64,000 nucleotides of DNA from Lachnospiraceae bacterium (GTDB lineage: Bacteria; Bacillota; Clostridia; Lachnospirales; Lachnospiraceae). The stretch is from NCBI GenBank assembly GCA_024680595.1, contig JAILCB010000083.1:1664-65663 (forward strand). Reading direction: 5' to 3'. Every line of letters starts with the position of its first letter. Position 1 is the stretch's first letter. This document shows, one piece after another, positions 1 to 8,909 of the stretch. Below the pieces are notes generated by a model. It was not told the origin of the DNA. It did no database searches and worked only from the letters and a program-made list of their open reading frames with translations. The position numbers were made by a program, and so were the translations under genes.

Positions 1-1848
1 ATCCGCTTCCAACACATCCTTTGAGGAGCCGTTCACATCGAAGCTAAGGCTCACAGGATTGGAATATTCCCAGGTATCCTTCCTGACAGTGATCACTGCT
101 TTGCCCGCAACGGCTGTCTTGATCTCAACGCTTCCGTCGGCGCCCTTCATCACTTTTATACCGAGACCGCTACCAGAGACCTTCACATCCGTCATGTCAA
201 GAGGTGCAAAGCTCCCGTCCGCAGTTTTTTCAAGGATTGTCGTTCGGAGAACGGTCTCCGTTCCGGTCCGGATGGTCGCTTTGTGTGTACGCAACTTGAG
301 CACCGGTTTTGTGTAGCAGACCGGCAACACATATGCGACCACGCCTGCTTCGCCGAGGTCGAATTCCAGAATGCCGTTCTCTGCGGCCTTCTTCCGCTCT
401 CCCTTCACCCTCACCGTGATCACAGAGCCACTGAGCTTTGCGTCGTAATATACCTTAGAACGGACGTTGCTGTTTTCCACGGTTTTGGAAGCACAGATGC
501 CGCTGATACGGAATTCATGCTCTGATGCATCCTCGTACAGGTTCCACTCCGTTTCTTCATCTATGGCCGAGGTTTTTTTCCAGCATGCATACAGCGTGAG
601 GTCGGCCGTCACCGGCGTATTGAAATCATAAACGTTCACACAGGCTGTATCGCTGAACCATCCGCCGAAGATCCAGTCATCATCACTCAATGTGCCGGGG
701 TTCGCCGCTGAACCATTCGGTGCAACATATTGTATAGCAGGTGTATCCTGAGTTCCGTGGCCGTTTTTTTCAAAAGTGACCACATGACGGACTGCTGCCG
801 CCATATACCTCATTCGCGTACCGGTTACCTGTCTTTTTCCGCCCGCGACAGACGTTTCAAGCGGATCTCTGTCTGGAGAAGGGGCACTGGATGCGTTTGC
901 AAAAACATATACACTTGTCCCCAGCGTAATGCTGCCATGATCATTGGAATCTTTACCGGCGCCGATGCCGGCTCCGGAATCACCGCCTGTCGCTGTCACC
1001 GTTCCGCCACTAATGGTTATGTTCCCTCCGGAACCCCATAAACCGCCGCCGATGCCGGCTCCGAAATCACCGCCTGTCGCCTCCACAGTTCCACCGTTGA
1101 TGGTTATTTCCCCTCCGGCACCACTATTTCCGCCGCCGATGCCGGCTCCGTATGAACCGCCTGTCGCTGTCACCGTTCCGCCGTTGATGGTTATTTTTCC
1201 TCCGTTACCATGATCTCCGCCGCCGATGCCGGCTCCTCCTAAATTACCACCTGTCGCTGTCACCGTTCCGCCGTTGATGGTTATTTTTCCTCCGTTACCA
1301 CTATCTCTGCCGCCGATGCCGGCTCCTTTATTACCGCCTGTCGCTGTCACAGTTCCGCCGTTGATGGTTATTTTTCCTCCGTTACATAGATATCCACCGC
1401 CGATGCCGGCACAATAATTATCTACGGAATCGATCAAAAGAGTACCGGTACCCTCGCTCTGGCCATAGATTTTGAGAACGTTAGGAGAACCGTTTGCCGG
1501 ATCATTATCATTATCCTCAACACTGATCCCACCTTTAACTGTCAGCGTTTTACCGTCACTAAGGATCAGATTGACATTTCCGCTTACCGTGATGCGATTA
1601 TTGATTACTATATCGCTCTGCACCACATACCAGGCATTATTCAACTCATTTTCCGAAACGGTAATATCGTGTACATCGTCAATCGTTTTTACTTTTTTTT
1701 CGAGCGGATCAAAGTATTCCACATCATCCGCTGCCATTACCCGCTCTGTCATAAAAAACAAGCCCGCCAGCGCCAGCATTGTTGTCAGTGCCATCACTAC
1801 AAGCTTATTCTTCCTGCTTTTCCGTTCAATTTTCATTTCTATTTTCAT
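1..1848 (-). CDS. Large secreted/surface protein (partial, runs off the left edge) with Gly-rich GAGIGGG repeats and an InlB B-repeat (Flg_new-like) domain
   Basis: ATG at 1848 with AGGA upstream; missing from the ORF track because no stop lies in the window. N-terminus is signal-peptide-like (MKIEMKIERKSRKNKLVVMALTTMLALAGLFF). About 6 repeats of GAGIGGG...GGKITINGGTVTATGG. The segment VTFEKNGHG...WIFGGWFSD...YDFNTPVTADLTLYACW matches the Listeria/Bacteroides repeat pattern. Confidence 0.85.
   Translation of the reverse strand, partial: MKIEMKIERKSRKNKLVVMALTTMLALAGLFFMTERVMAADDVEYFDPLEKKVKTIDDVHDITVSENELNNAWYVVQSDIVINNRITVSGNVNLILSDGKTLTVKGGISVEDNDNDPANGSPNVLKIYGQSEGTGTLLIDSVDNYCAGIGGGYLCNGGKITINGGTVTATGGNKGAGIGGRDSGNGGKITINGGTVTATGGNLGGAGIGGGDHGNGGKITINGGTVTATGGSYGAGIGGGNSGAGGEITINGGTVEATGGDFGAGIGGGLWGSGGNITISGGTVTATGGDSGAGIGAGKDSNDHGSITLGTSVYVFANASSAPSPDRDPLETSVAGGKRQVTGTRMRYMAAAVRHVVTFEKNGHGTQDTPAIQYVAPNGSAANPGTLSDDDWIFGGWFSDTACVNVYDFNTPVTADLTLYACWKKTSAIDEETEWNLYEDASEHEFRISGICASKTVENSNVRSKVYYDAKLSGSVITVRVKGERKKAAENGILEFDLGEAGVVAYVLPVCYTKPVLKLRTHKATIRTGTETVLRTTILEKTADGSFAPLDMTDVKVSGSGLGIKVMKGADGSVEIKTAVAGKAVITVRKDTWEYSNPVSLSFDVNGSSKDVLEAD
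935..1415 (-). repeat. Intragenic tandem repeat, about 87-90 bp unit, encoding GAGIGGG/TVTATGG repeats
   Basis: GCCGATGCCGGC recurs near 961, 1047, 1134, 1221, 1312 and 1399. Confidence 0.9.
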
Positions 1849-1956
1849 AATTTTTTTCCTAAAAAGAAAACAATCAAAGATAAATTAATAATCAAATTTT
1901 ATAATACTTTAAGATAGTTAATCATTCAAGTATATATCAGCATTACATGATGCGGG

Positions 1957-2004
1957 AAATATAACGGAGATAGGTGCTGTAAGAGTTCCATCTCCGTTAT
2001 ATTT
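1957..2004. other. 15-bp perfect inverted repeat
   Basis: AAATATAACGGAGAT (1957-1971) pairs with ATCTCCGTTATATTT (1990-2004). Confidence 0.7.
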
Positions 2005-2085
2005 TTGGGGTGACCAATGGGGTGACTTGATATAGTGACTACGCTCAATCCCTTCTGTTTACTGTATTTGTCGACGTGAATAATT

Positions 2086-2107
2086 GTTCAAGTCCCATCT
2101 TCCGCAC
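2086..2107 (+). mobile_element. tRNA 3'-end fragment (probably tRNA-Leu), putative att site at the right end of an integrated element
   Basis: GTTCAAGTCCCATCTTCCGCAC is a T-loop, 3' T-arm, acceptor strand and discriminator A, with no 5' tRNA half upstream. It is preceded by the direct repeat TGGGGTGAC (2006-2014, 2018-2026) and followed by a terminator. Confidence 0.65.
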
Positions 2108-2111
2108 TGGG

Positions 2112-2157
2112 AAAATCAAAAAGAGTCAGGCCTAAAGGCCTGGCTCTTTTTGATTTT
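2112..2157 (+). terminator. Rho-independent terminator behind the tRNA fragment
   Basis: AAAAAGAGTCAGGCCT-AA-AGGCCTGGCTCTTTTT hairpin with T tract. Confidence 0.75.
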
Positions 2158-2159
2158 TC

Positions 2160-2356
2160 GTGCCGAGGAGTCCCTTGAACCCATGGTTCAAGGTCTCCTC
2201 GGCACGAAGTGCCTCGTCGGTCGGCGCAAAACCGACGTCCACAGGACGTCGAGCGCCCCATCTTCCGCAACTGTGGTACGCCCTTTCAGGCAAACGGGCA
2301 TAAGTCAGGGGTATTTGCTGAGGAGTCCCTTGAACCCGATGGTTCAAGGGACTCGG
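2160..2356. repeat. Two palindromic GAGGAGTCCCTTGAACC...GGTTCAAGG elements plus a second copy of the tRNA 3' 13-mer
   Basis: Palindromes at about 2160-2207 and 2320-2354; CCCATCTTCCGCA is repeated at 2257-2269. Confidence 0.7.
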
Positions 2357-2443
2357 GTCGGAAAGGCTGGAGCTGTTTTTCCGCATTATCCCATCTTTCG
2401 CATCTGTTGGCTCTGAGGTGGGGATTTTGAGGGGCTGTTTTGA

Positions 2444-4078
2444 TTATGCCCTGTAAACTTGTTCTCCGTCTACGAAGGTTGCCAGGCATTTGGCGTTTTC
2501 GATGTCTTCGAAATCATCTTCTAGGAAGTTCTTATCGAATACCGTTATATTGGCCAGCTTTCCGATGGTAAGAGACCCCATCCGATCTTCCTCATGCCAG
2601 CTGTATGCCACATTGGTGGTCAGGGCTTTGAGGGAATCCAACCGGCTGATGCACTGATCTTCATGCCTCTGCATTTCCTTTCCGTTGGAGGGCAGATAGC
2701 CTGCCGATCCAAGGCAGATAGTCCAGGGAGCGCTGAAGGTGGGGGAAACCGGGTAATCGGAGTGGGAGAGCACTATGGCGCCCTGATCCAGAAATGCTTT
2801 TACCGGAAATCCGGCATAGGCCTTTTCTTCCCCGAGATATTTGGCCATTACCTCAAATAGGGTATAGGACTTTTCAACCCACATTATCCCGCAGACGGGA
2901 CAGATATTGTATTCCGCTATACGCCTTATATCATCAGGGCTCACGGCCTGCAGATGGGCGAGGGCATTTCTCATGTCAAAGTTTCCGGTTGCCTCCTCCG
3001 CCTCGGCTATGGCATCTACCCAGGCCCTGACCGCAGCATCTCCAATGGTGTGAATATGCACATTCATATTATGCTTTTCAGCGGCTTTCAGTAAGCGGAC
3101 CATCTTTTCATGATCATTAAATCTGGCCACGCCGCGGTAGCCGGGCTGGTCTATATAATCCTCCAGCATCCAGGCCGTATGTCCCTCTACAACACCGTCA
3201 CAGAAAACCTTGGCGCCTAGGAGCTTATAATGCTTGCTGTTATGCTCTTCGGCCTCCTTGGCGATTCGGTCCATGTCCTCTTCCGGCGTATCCGTATTAT
3301 CCCCTATTAAGCTGCCGGAGAAAGTGTAATGATGGAGTTTTCCCTCCTTTTCCAGTTCATAATATGCGGGGGCCTCCATAATATTGGTGACTTCAACGCC
3401 CGCATTATAGACACCTGTATAGCCCATAGAAAGGGCGTATTGCTGCCAATATAATAAGGCCTCCTTGAATTCCTCGACCGTAATCCGGAGGTTGGCCCGG
3501 ACATGAAATACGGGACCCTCTGATATAAAGCCGGTGGGATTACCATCTTCATCGACCCTGACGCAGGCAGTGCCCCATTGCCTGACCGCATCCCGGTTAA
3601 TCCCAAACATCTCCATGGCCTTTGTATTGAGCCACATGGAATGACCGCCGGAATCTGTACAAATCATGGCCTTGTCAGGACAAATTGCGTCCAGCATACC
3701 GGCCCTGGGCTGTACTTCATGTACCTCAAAGCCAAAGCCCTGGATAATCGCTTTCTCAGGATGTTTTTCCATATAATCCTTCATGACCTGGAGACATTCC
3801 TCCAGGCTGGCATTTGGATCTAGAATTGCGATTAAGGTTGCCCTCGCACCGGCTCCGCCGGGATGGCAATGGGCTTCCAAAAAACCCGGATAAATACAAT
3901 TACTGCCATAATCATAGACTTGTGTGTGGTCATCACATAGCCTGCGGGCGACCTCGGCAGCGCCGACATATAGGATCTTGTCTCCTTTTGCCGCTACTGC
4001 CTGTGCATAGGGTTTATGTTCATCCATGGTGATCACATTCCCAAGTATCAGTAAATCTGCTTTTCCCTTCCCGCTCAT
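2444..4078 (-). CDS. Amidohydrolase (YtcJ-like, amidohydrolase_3 family)
   Basis: PGFLEAHCH metal motif, KVFCDG, HIHTIGD, AHLQ, SDYP, and C-terminal GSLTIGKLANITV. Confidence 0.9.
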   Translation of the reverse strand: MSGKGKADLLILGNVITMDEHKPYAQAVAAKGDKILYVGAAEVARRLCDDHTQVYDYGSNCIYPGFLEAHCHPGGAGARATLIAILDPNASLEECLQVMKDYMEKHPEKAIIQGFGFEVHEVQPRAGMLDAICPDKAMICTDSGGHSMWLNTKAMEMFGINRDAVRQWGTACVRVDEDGNPTGFISEGPVFHVRANLRITVEEFKEALLYWQQYALSMGYTGVYNAGVEVTNIMEAPAYYELEKEGKLHHYTFSGSLIGDNTDTPEEDMDRIAKEAEEHNSKHYKLLGAKVFCDGVVEGHTAWMLEDYIDQPGYRGVARFNDHEKMVRLLKAAEKHNMNVHIHTIGDAAVRAWVDAIAEAEEATGNFDMRNALAHLQAVSPDDIRRIAEYNICPVCGIMWVEKSYTLFEVMAKYLGEEKAYAGFPVKAFLDQGAIVLSHSDYPVSPTFSAPWTICLGSAGYLPSNGKEMQRHEDQCISRLDSLKALTTNVAYSWHEEDRMGSLTIGKLANITVFDKNFLEDDFEDIENAKCLATFVDGEQVYRA

Positions 4079-4414
4079 TACGTCCTTCCTTTCTTTCTAA
4101 GCAAAAAAATTATGTTCCTATAGGGTTAAAAGCCTCTAAACAAAAGACGGGGCACAGTTTGAGTAGTCAATAATGTTGACAGGGTCCTGAGAATATATCC
4201 TGAGTTTTTGCAATGATTATTATATGGGAAAAAGGTAGAGATTTTTTCCGTTTAGAACTCTATTCTACCATTTATATTAGATTGCGACAAATAAAAGATA
4301 GGGGAACCAATGGATATTATTGTAGTGGATAAGGAGTATAGTTTCAAGGAATTAGAGCAAGACCGGTAGGTATTGAAATTATTCGCAATTAAACATATAA
4401 TTTTTACATAATTG

Positions 4415-4495
4415 TGACTTTCCGAATGCGATAAGGAACCGCACTCGGAAATCCCGCGCTCTGTGTTTCGCGAGGGCCGGTCGGGTACGCATTCC
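4415..4495 (-). repeat. Dispersed structured repeat family B, copy 1
   Basis: TGACTTTCCGAATGCG...CGCACTCGGAAATCCCGCGC...TTCGCGAGGGCCGGTCG; homologous to 13437-13529 (inverted) and 55380-55528. Confidence 0.8.
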
Positions 4496-4664
4496 TATCG
4501 CTTCGATTAGTATTGACGTAGTCCGAACTGGAATGGCAGAAAAGAAGACCCGGACTTGTACATAATTATATAGTGATGACTTTGGAGTAAGAACCTTGTG
4601 AGATGAAATCGAAAGAGTTCTTTTCTTTTGATTTTGGATTTTACATTTACTTAGGAGGATTAGC

Positions 4665-5639
4665 ATGAAGGAAATATCGATTAAGGACATGAAGCTCTTT
4701 CGGGTTGGACAGACTGAAAATGTAGAAGCGGCTACGGGCTGCACGGTGATTCTCTGTGAAGAGGGTATGTGTGGCGGACTGGATGTGAGGGGCGGGGGGC
4801 CGGCATCAAGAGAGCCCCTTCTCCTGGACCCTTTGATGGCGGCACAGAGTATTCACGCAGTGGTACTGGGCGGGGGCAGTGCTTTTGGACTGGGAGCGAC
4901 AGATGGCGTCATGTCTCTGCTGGAAGAGCGGGGGATAGGCTTTGATGTGGGAGTGACCAAGGTGCCCCTGGTTGTTCAGTCCGATATTTTTGACCTGACG
5001 GTGGGAGATACATATACTAGGCCGGATGCGGCTATGGGATATGAGGCCGCACGGTTTGCCTTAGATGAGCCCAATTATAGGGACGGAAATTTCGGGGCGG
5101 GATGCGGTGCTACCGTGGGCAAGATAAAGGGAATGGAGCGCTGCATGAAGTCCGGAATAGGCAGCTATGCTATGAGTCTGGGGGATTTGCAGGTCGGTGC
5201 CCTGGCAGTTGTCAATGCTTTGGGTGATATCTTTGATCATAAGACAGGAAGGCAGATCGCCGGACTGAGGACAGAGGACGGAAAGGGGCTTTGCAGTACT
5301 CTGGAGGTCATGCAGGAGCAGATAGAGGTAGTGGACAATAAATTTACCGGGTTTGCCGGTAATACTACCCTTTGTGCGGTTTTGACCAATGCGGCATTTA
5401 ATAAAAGTCAGCTCTGCAAGATGGCGGGTATGGCCCAGGACGGCATGGCCAGGGCTATTCGTCCTGTTCATACATCCGCTGACGGGGACAGTATCTATGC
5501 CCTCTCGGCAGGCCGGGTTCAGGCGGATCTGGATCTGGTGGGAAGCCTGGCCGCAGAGGTAGTGGGGGAAGCCATCAAAAGAGCCGTGCTTGCCGCCGAA
5601 AGCGCCTACGGATTTGTCAGCGTCAGGGACTGCAATTAA
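4665..5639 (+). CDS. P1/S58 family peptidase (DmpA-like Ntn hydrolase)
   Basis: DVRGGGPASRE, GGSAFGL, GNFGAGCGA, GNTT autoproteolysis motif, PVHTSADGD; AGGAGG RBS. Confidence 0.9.
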   Translation: MKEISIKDMKLFRVGQTENVEAATGCTVILCEEGMCGGLDVRGGGPASREPLLLDPLMAAQSIHAVVLGGGSAFGLGATDGVMSLLEERGIGFDVGVTKVPLVVQSDIFDLTVGDTYTRPDAAMGYEAARFALDEPNYRDGNFGAGCGATVGKIKGMERCMKSGIGSYAMSLGDLQVGALAVVNALGDIFDHKTGRQIAGLRTEDGKGLCSTLEVMQEQIEVVDNKFTGFAGNTTLCAVLTNAAFNKSQLCKMAGMAQDGMARAIRPVHTSADGDSIYALSAGRVQADLDLVGSLAAEVVGEAIKRAVLAAESAYGFVSVRDCN

Positions 5640-5765
5640 TTAAAGGAGAGGGCGCAGCAGCCGCCGAAAGCGCCTAGGGATTTGTAAGCGTTAGAAACTG
5701 CAATTAATTAACGGAGAGGGCGCGGCAGCCGCCGAAAGCGCCTACGGATTTGTAAGCGTTAGGGA
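5592..5765 (+). repeat. Tandem repeat, 68-bp unit x about 2.6, duplicating the 3' end of the peptidase gene
   Basis: GCCGCCGAAAGCGCCTA starts at 5592, 5660 and 5728. Confidence 0.9.
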
Positions 5766-5828
5766 TCTAGAAGTGATATGAGGAAAATAAGCAACTAATA
5801 AGGACGGAGGATTTCCGGGGATATCTAT

Positions 5829-7991
5829 ATGTTCAAAATTAGTCAAAACCAGATTAAAAAATGGACTGCCTTTATTCTGTTTGTTGTTGCCGGAGCAATA
5901 TTGAATATTGCCGGCAGCATGGTGGCAAATGTCTGTCTGAATAAGCTTCTTTACCTGGATATGTTGGGCACTGTTGTTGTGGCCATCATAGGCGGATATT
6001 TTCCCGGGATACTTACGGCGGTAATATCAAGCTTCATATCCTTCTATCTGTTTCCGCCATCGGTATTTTATTTGATTCTAAATGTCTTTATGGCAATTCT
6101 GACCACCTTCTGTTTCAAGAAGTATTATGATAAACACACATCTTCTATAAAGATGTTTATCCTCTATATTATAATAATATCCCTGGTCTTTAGCTTCTTT
6201 GCCACTATGCTGACCTATGCCCAGGGAAATGCTGTTGTCTCGAAAGAAGGGTCCATAGACAGGATAATTCTGGCCATTTCCGACCGCTGGAAGCTTGATA
6301 TCTATATTTCTCATTTTATCACCAATTTTTTCATTAATACTATTGATAAAAGTCTATGTACCGGATTGGCTTTCGTGGTCATCAGGCTGATTCCCTTAAA
6401 GGTCAGGGAATATCTGAGAAATGTGGGCTGGCTGCAGAAACCTCTTTCCAGTGATCAGATAAAGATGGTTGAAAAGAGAACGGCCAGAAGGATGTCTATT
6501 AATGTAAAAATATGTCTTGCCCTTTTCACCGCCTGTATTGTAATCACTGCTGTGGTTGCCTATATGAGTCAGATGCTTTTTGTCTCCTATATGGAGGACC
6601 GATATATAAGTGAGGCCAGAGGAGTTTCGGAATTGGCAGCCAAGGCCATCGATCCGGACATGGTGGACGAGTTCATTGAAAAAGGAGATGATGCAAAGGG
6701 ATACAAAAAAACAGAGGATCTCCTGTATGGCGTTAGTGAGGTCACTCCCAATGTGCAGAATGTCTTTGTATACAAGGTCTCGGAGGACGGATATACAGTG
6801 GTTTTTGACATCGACACGGATATTCTGAAGGGGGAGGATCCCGGTACACATGTGGATTTTGATGAGTCGGTTCTGCCTTATGTGGATAGTATGCTAAAGG
6901 GCCAAGAATTTTCCCCATATACAACAGATGACGTGAAAATCGGATATTATCTGACTTCCTTTTCCCCGGTTTATGATGCTCAGGGCAAGTGTGTGTGTTA
7001 CGCGGGGGTGGATATTTCCAAGAGGGATCTGGATATCTATGAACAGCAGTTTATGGCCAGACTCATCTCTCTTTGCCTTGGTTTTGTGATTATGATAATG
7101 GCCGGAGGCATCTGGCTTTCCAAGTATCATATCATCTATCCGGTTAATACCCTTGTCAAGACGGTGGAGGGCTTTGGCTATGACGGCGAGGAGGCCAGAA
7201 AGCAGAATGTGGAGGATATTAGGGAGATAGGAATCCATACAGGGGATGAGATCGAGAACCTTTATTTTGCCTTTCTGCAGGCTACCGAAGAAAATATGAT
7301 TAATTACAGTTATATGCTGCAGAATGCCAGGGATTTCGATGATGCCCAGTCCGGTCTTATTATTGTGCTGGCGGATTTGGTGGAAAACAGGGATGAATCA
7401 ACAGGCGATCATATCAGAAAGACTGCGGCTTATACCGGGATTATCATGAAGAAGATGCGTGAAATGGGCTATTATAAGGAGGAGCTTACCGATAGTTTCA
7501 TTACCAATGTGATAAAGTCCGCTCCGCTTCACGATGTGGGAAAGATCCGTATTCCCGATAATATATTGAATAAGCCGGGCAGGCTTACGGAGGAAGAGTT
7601 TGAGATTATGAAGAAGCACGCCGAGTACGGCGGCGAGGTGGTGGAACAGTGTATATTTATGCTGCCCAAGGCCCATTATCTGAGTGAGGCCAGAAAGATT
7701 GCGGAGTTCCATCATGAGAAATGGAATGGCAAGGGTTATCCCCATGGTCTCTCGGGCGAGGATATTCCGTTATCTGCCAGAATCATGGCGGTTGCAGATG
7801 TGTTTGATGCCCTGGTATCGCATCGCGTTTACAAACCTGCTTTTGACTTTGACGATGCCATGGATATTATTGAGAAGGATGCCGGATCCCACTTCGATCC
7901 CAAGGTGGCGGAGGCTTTCCTGGCCGCCCGGGAGGAGGTCAGGGAGACCGAGCTTAGTTTTAGGAACCGGGAAAGGGAGAATGAAGCATAG
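5829..7991 (+). CDS. Membrane-bound HD-GYP domain protein (putative c-di-GMP phosphodiesterase)
   Basis: RDESTGDH, LHDVGK, HHEKWNGKGYP, ARIMAVADVFDAL. N-terminal multi-TM block, a TM-flanked extracytoplasmic domain and a HAMP-like linker. Confidence 0.9.
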   Translation: MFKISQNQIKKWTAFILFVVAGAILNIAGSMVANVCLNKLLYLDMLGTVVVAIIGGYFPGILTAVISSFISFYLFPPSVFYLILNVFMAILTTFCFKKYYDKHTSSIKMFILYIIIISLVFSFFATMLTYAQGNAVVSKEGSIDRIILAISDRWKLDIYISHFITNFFINTIDKSLCTGLAFVVIRLIPLKVREYLRNVGWLQKPLSSDQIKMVEKRTARRMSINVKICLALFTACIVITAVVAYMSQMLFVSYMEDRYISEARGVSELAAKAIDPDMVDEFIEKGDDAKGYKKTEDLLYGVSEVTPNVQNVFVYKVSEDGYTVVFDIDTDILKGEDPGTHVDFDESVLPYVDSMLKGQEFSPYTTDDVKIGYYLTSFSPVYDAQGKCVCYAGVDISKRDLDIYEQQFMARLISLCLGFVIMIMAGGIWLSKYHIIYPVNTLVKTVEGFGYDGEEARKQNVEDIREIGIHTGDEIENLYFAFLQATEENMINYSYMLQNARDFDDAQSGLIIVLADLVENRDESTGDHIRKTAAYTGIIMKKMREMGYYKEELTDSFITNVIKSAPLHDVGKIRIPDNILNKPGRLTEEEFEIMKKHAEYGGEVVEQCIFMLPKAHYLSEARKIAEFHHEKWNGKGYPHGLSGEDIPLSARIMAVADVFDALVSHRVYKPAFDFDDAMDIIEKDAGSHFDPKVAEAFLAAREEVRETELSFRNRERENEA

Positions 7992-8158
7992 TAGTGCATT
8001 CCGGATGCAGGAGGAAAGATTTGATTAGAAATTAAAGAAGATACGATGGACCGGAGCCTGAGAAGGGGGCGGGAACCAACTACTCCATATGAAATGAAAA
8101 GAATAGGGAAATGTTGATTTCTTTGCGGGGGAGAGATGGAATGATATGATGATGTAGG

Positions 8159-8192
8159 CTTCAATATTTCTTCAATCCTTGCTTTCTATAAT
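8159..8192 (+). promoter_or_regulatory. Tandem CTTCAAT repeats (11-bp period) plus -10 TATAAT: putative OmpR-type regulator site
   Basis: CTTCAAT at 8159-8165 and 8170-8176; TATAAT at 8187-8192. Confidence 0.7.
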
Positions 8193-8216
8193 GAAGACAA
8201 AAATGTTTCACTGGAG

Positions 8217-8909
8217 GTGGTGGGTATAAAACTCTTATTGGCGGAAGATGAGAAGAGGATGGCGGATGCTCTTTGCGAACTATTTAGGCAGGAGGGCTAT
8301 AAGGTGGACTGGGTACCGGATGGTCAGTCTGCCCTTTCCCTGCTGGAAGGAGGAACATACGACATTGCTGTTCTGGATGTAATGATGCCGAGGATGAACG
8401 GCTGTCTGGTGGCGTCCAATGCCAGAAAGGAGGGCATAACTACTCCTATTCTCATGCTTACTGCAAAGGGTGAGCTGGACGACAAGGTAACAGGTCTTGA
8501 CAGCGGGGCGGATGATTATCTGACCAAGCCCTTCATGACAAAGGAACTGCTGGCAAGACTCCGTGCCCTTACGAGGAGAAATGCCGGATACCATGAGGAT
8601 GTCTTGTCCTTTGGGGATATTACGCTTTCCCCATCCTCGGCTGAGCTCAAGTGCCGGACAACAGGTCAGGCGGTGAGGCTTTCGGAAAAGGAGTACCGGA
8701 TCCTGGAATATATGATATCGAATAGCGGCCTGATATTGTCCAGGGAACAGCTTGCCGTAAAAATATGGGGTTATGAGAACGAGGCGGAATATAATAATGT
8801 GGAAGTTTATATGTCCTTTACTAGAAAGAAGCTGTCCTTTGTCGGGGCCGGGACGGAAATCAAAGCGGTGAGGGGAATGGGATATGAGTTGAGGTGTAAG
8901 GATGTTTAA
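8217..8909 (+). CDS. OmpR-family response regulator
   Basis: LLAEDE, LDVMMP, GADDYLTKPF, C-terminal winged helix (IKAVRGMGY). Confidence 0.95.
   Translation: MVGIKLLLAEDEKRMADALCELFRQEGYKVDWVPDGQSALSLLEGGTYDIAVLDVMMPRMNGCLVASNARKEGITTPILMLTAKGELDDKVTGLDSGADDYLTKPFMTKELLARLRALTRRNAGYHEDVLSFGDITLSPSSAELKCRTTGQAVRLSEKEYRILEYMISNSGLILSREQLAVKIWGYENEAEYNNVEVYMSFTRKKLSFVGAGTEIKAVRGMGYELRCKDV

Noticed and set aside
944-1417. Pro-rich plus-strand ORFs (MPAP...PPVAVTVPP)
   Set aside because: Antisense shadows of the Gly-rich repeats in the minus-strand surface protein.
2040-2110. Complete tRNA gene
   Set aside because: Only the T-loop and 3' strand are present; the upstream sequence cannot form the acceptor, D or anticodon arms.
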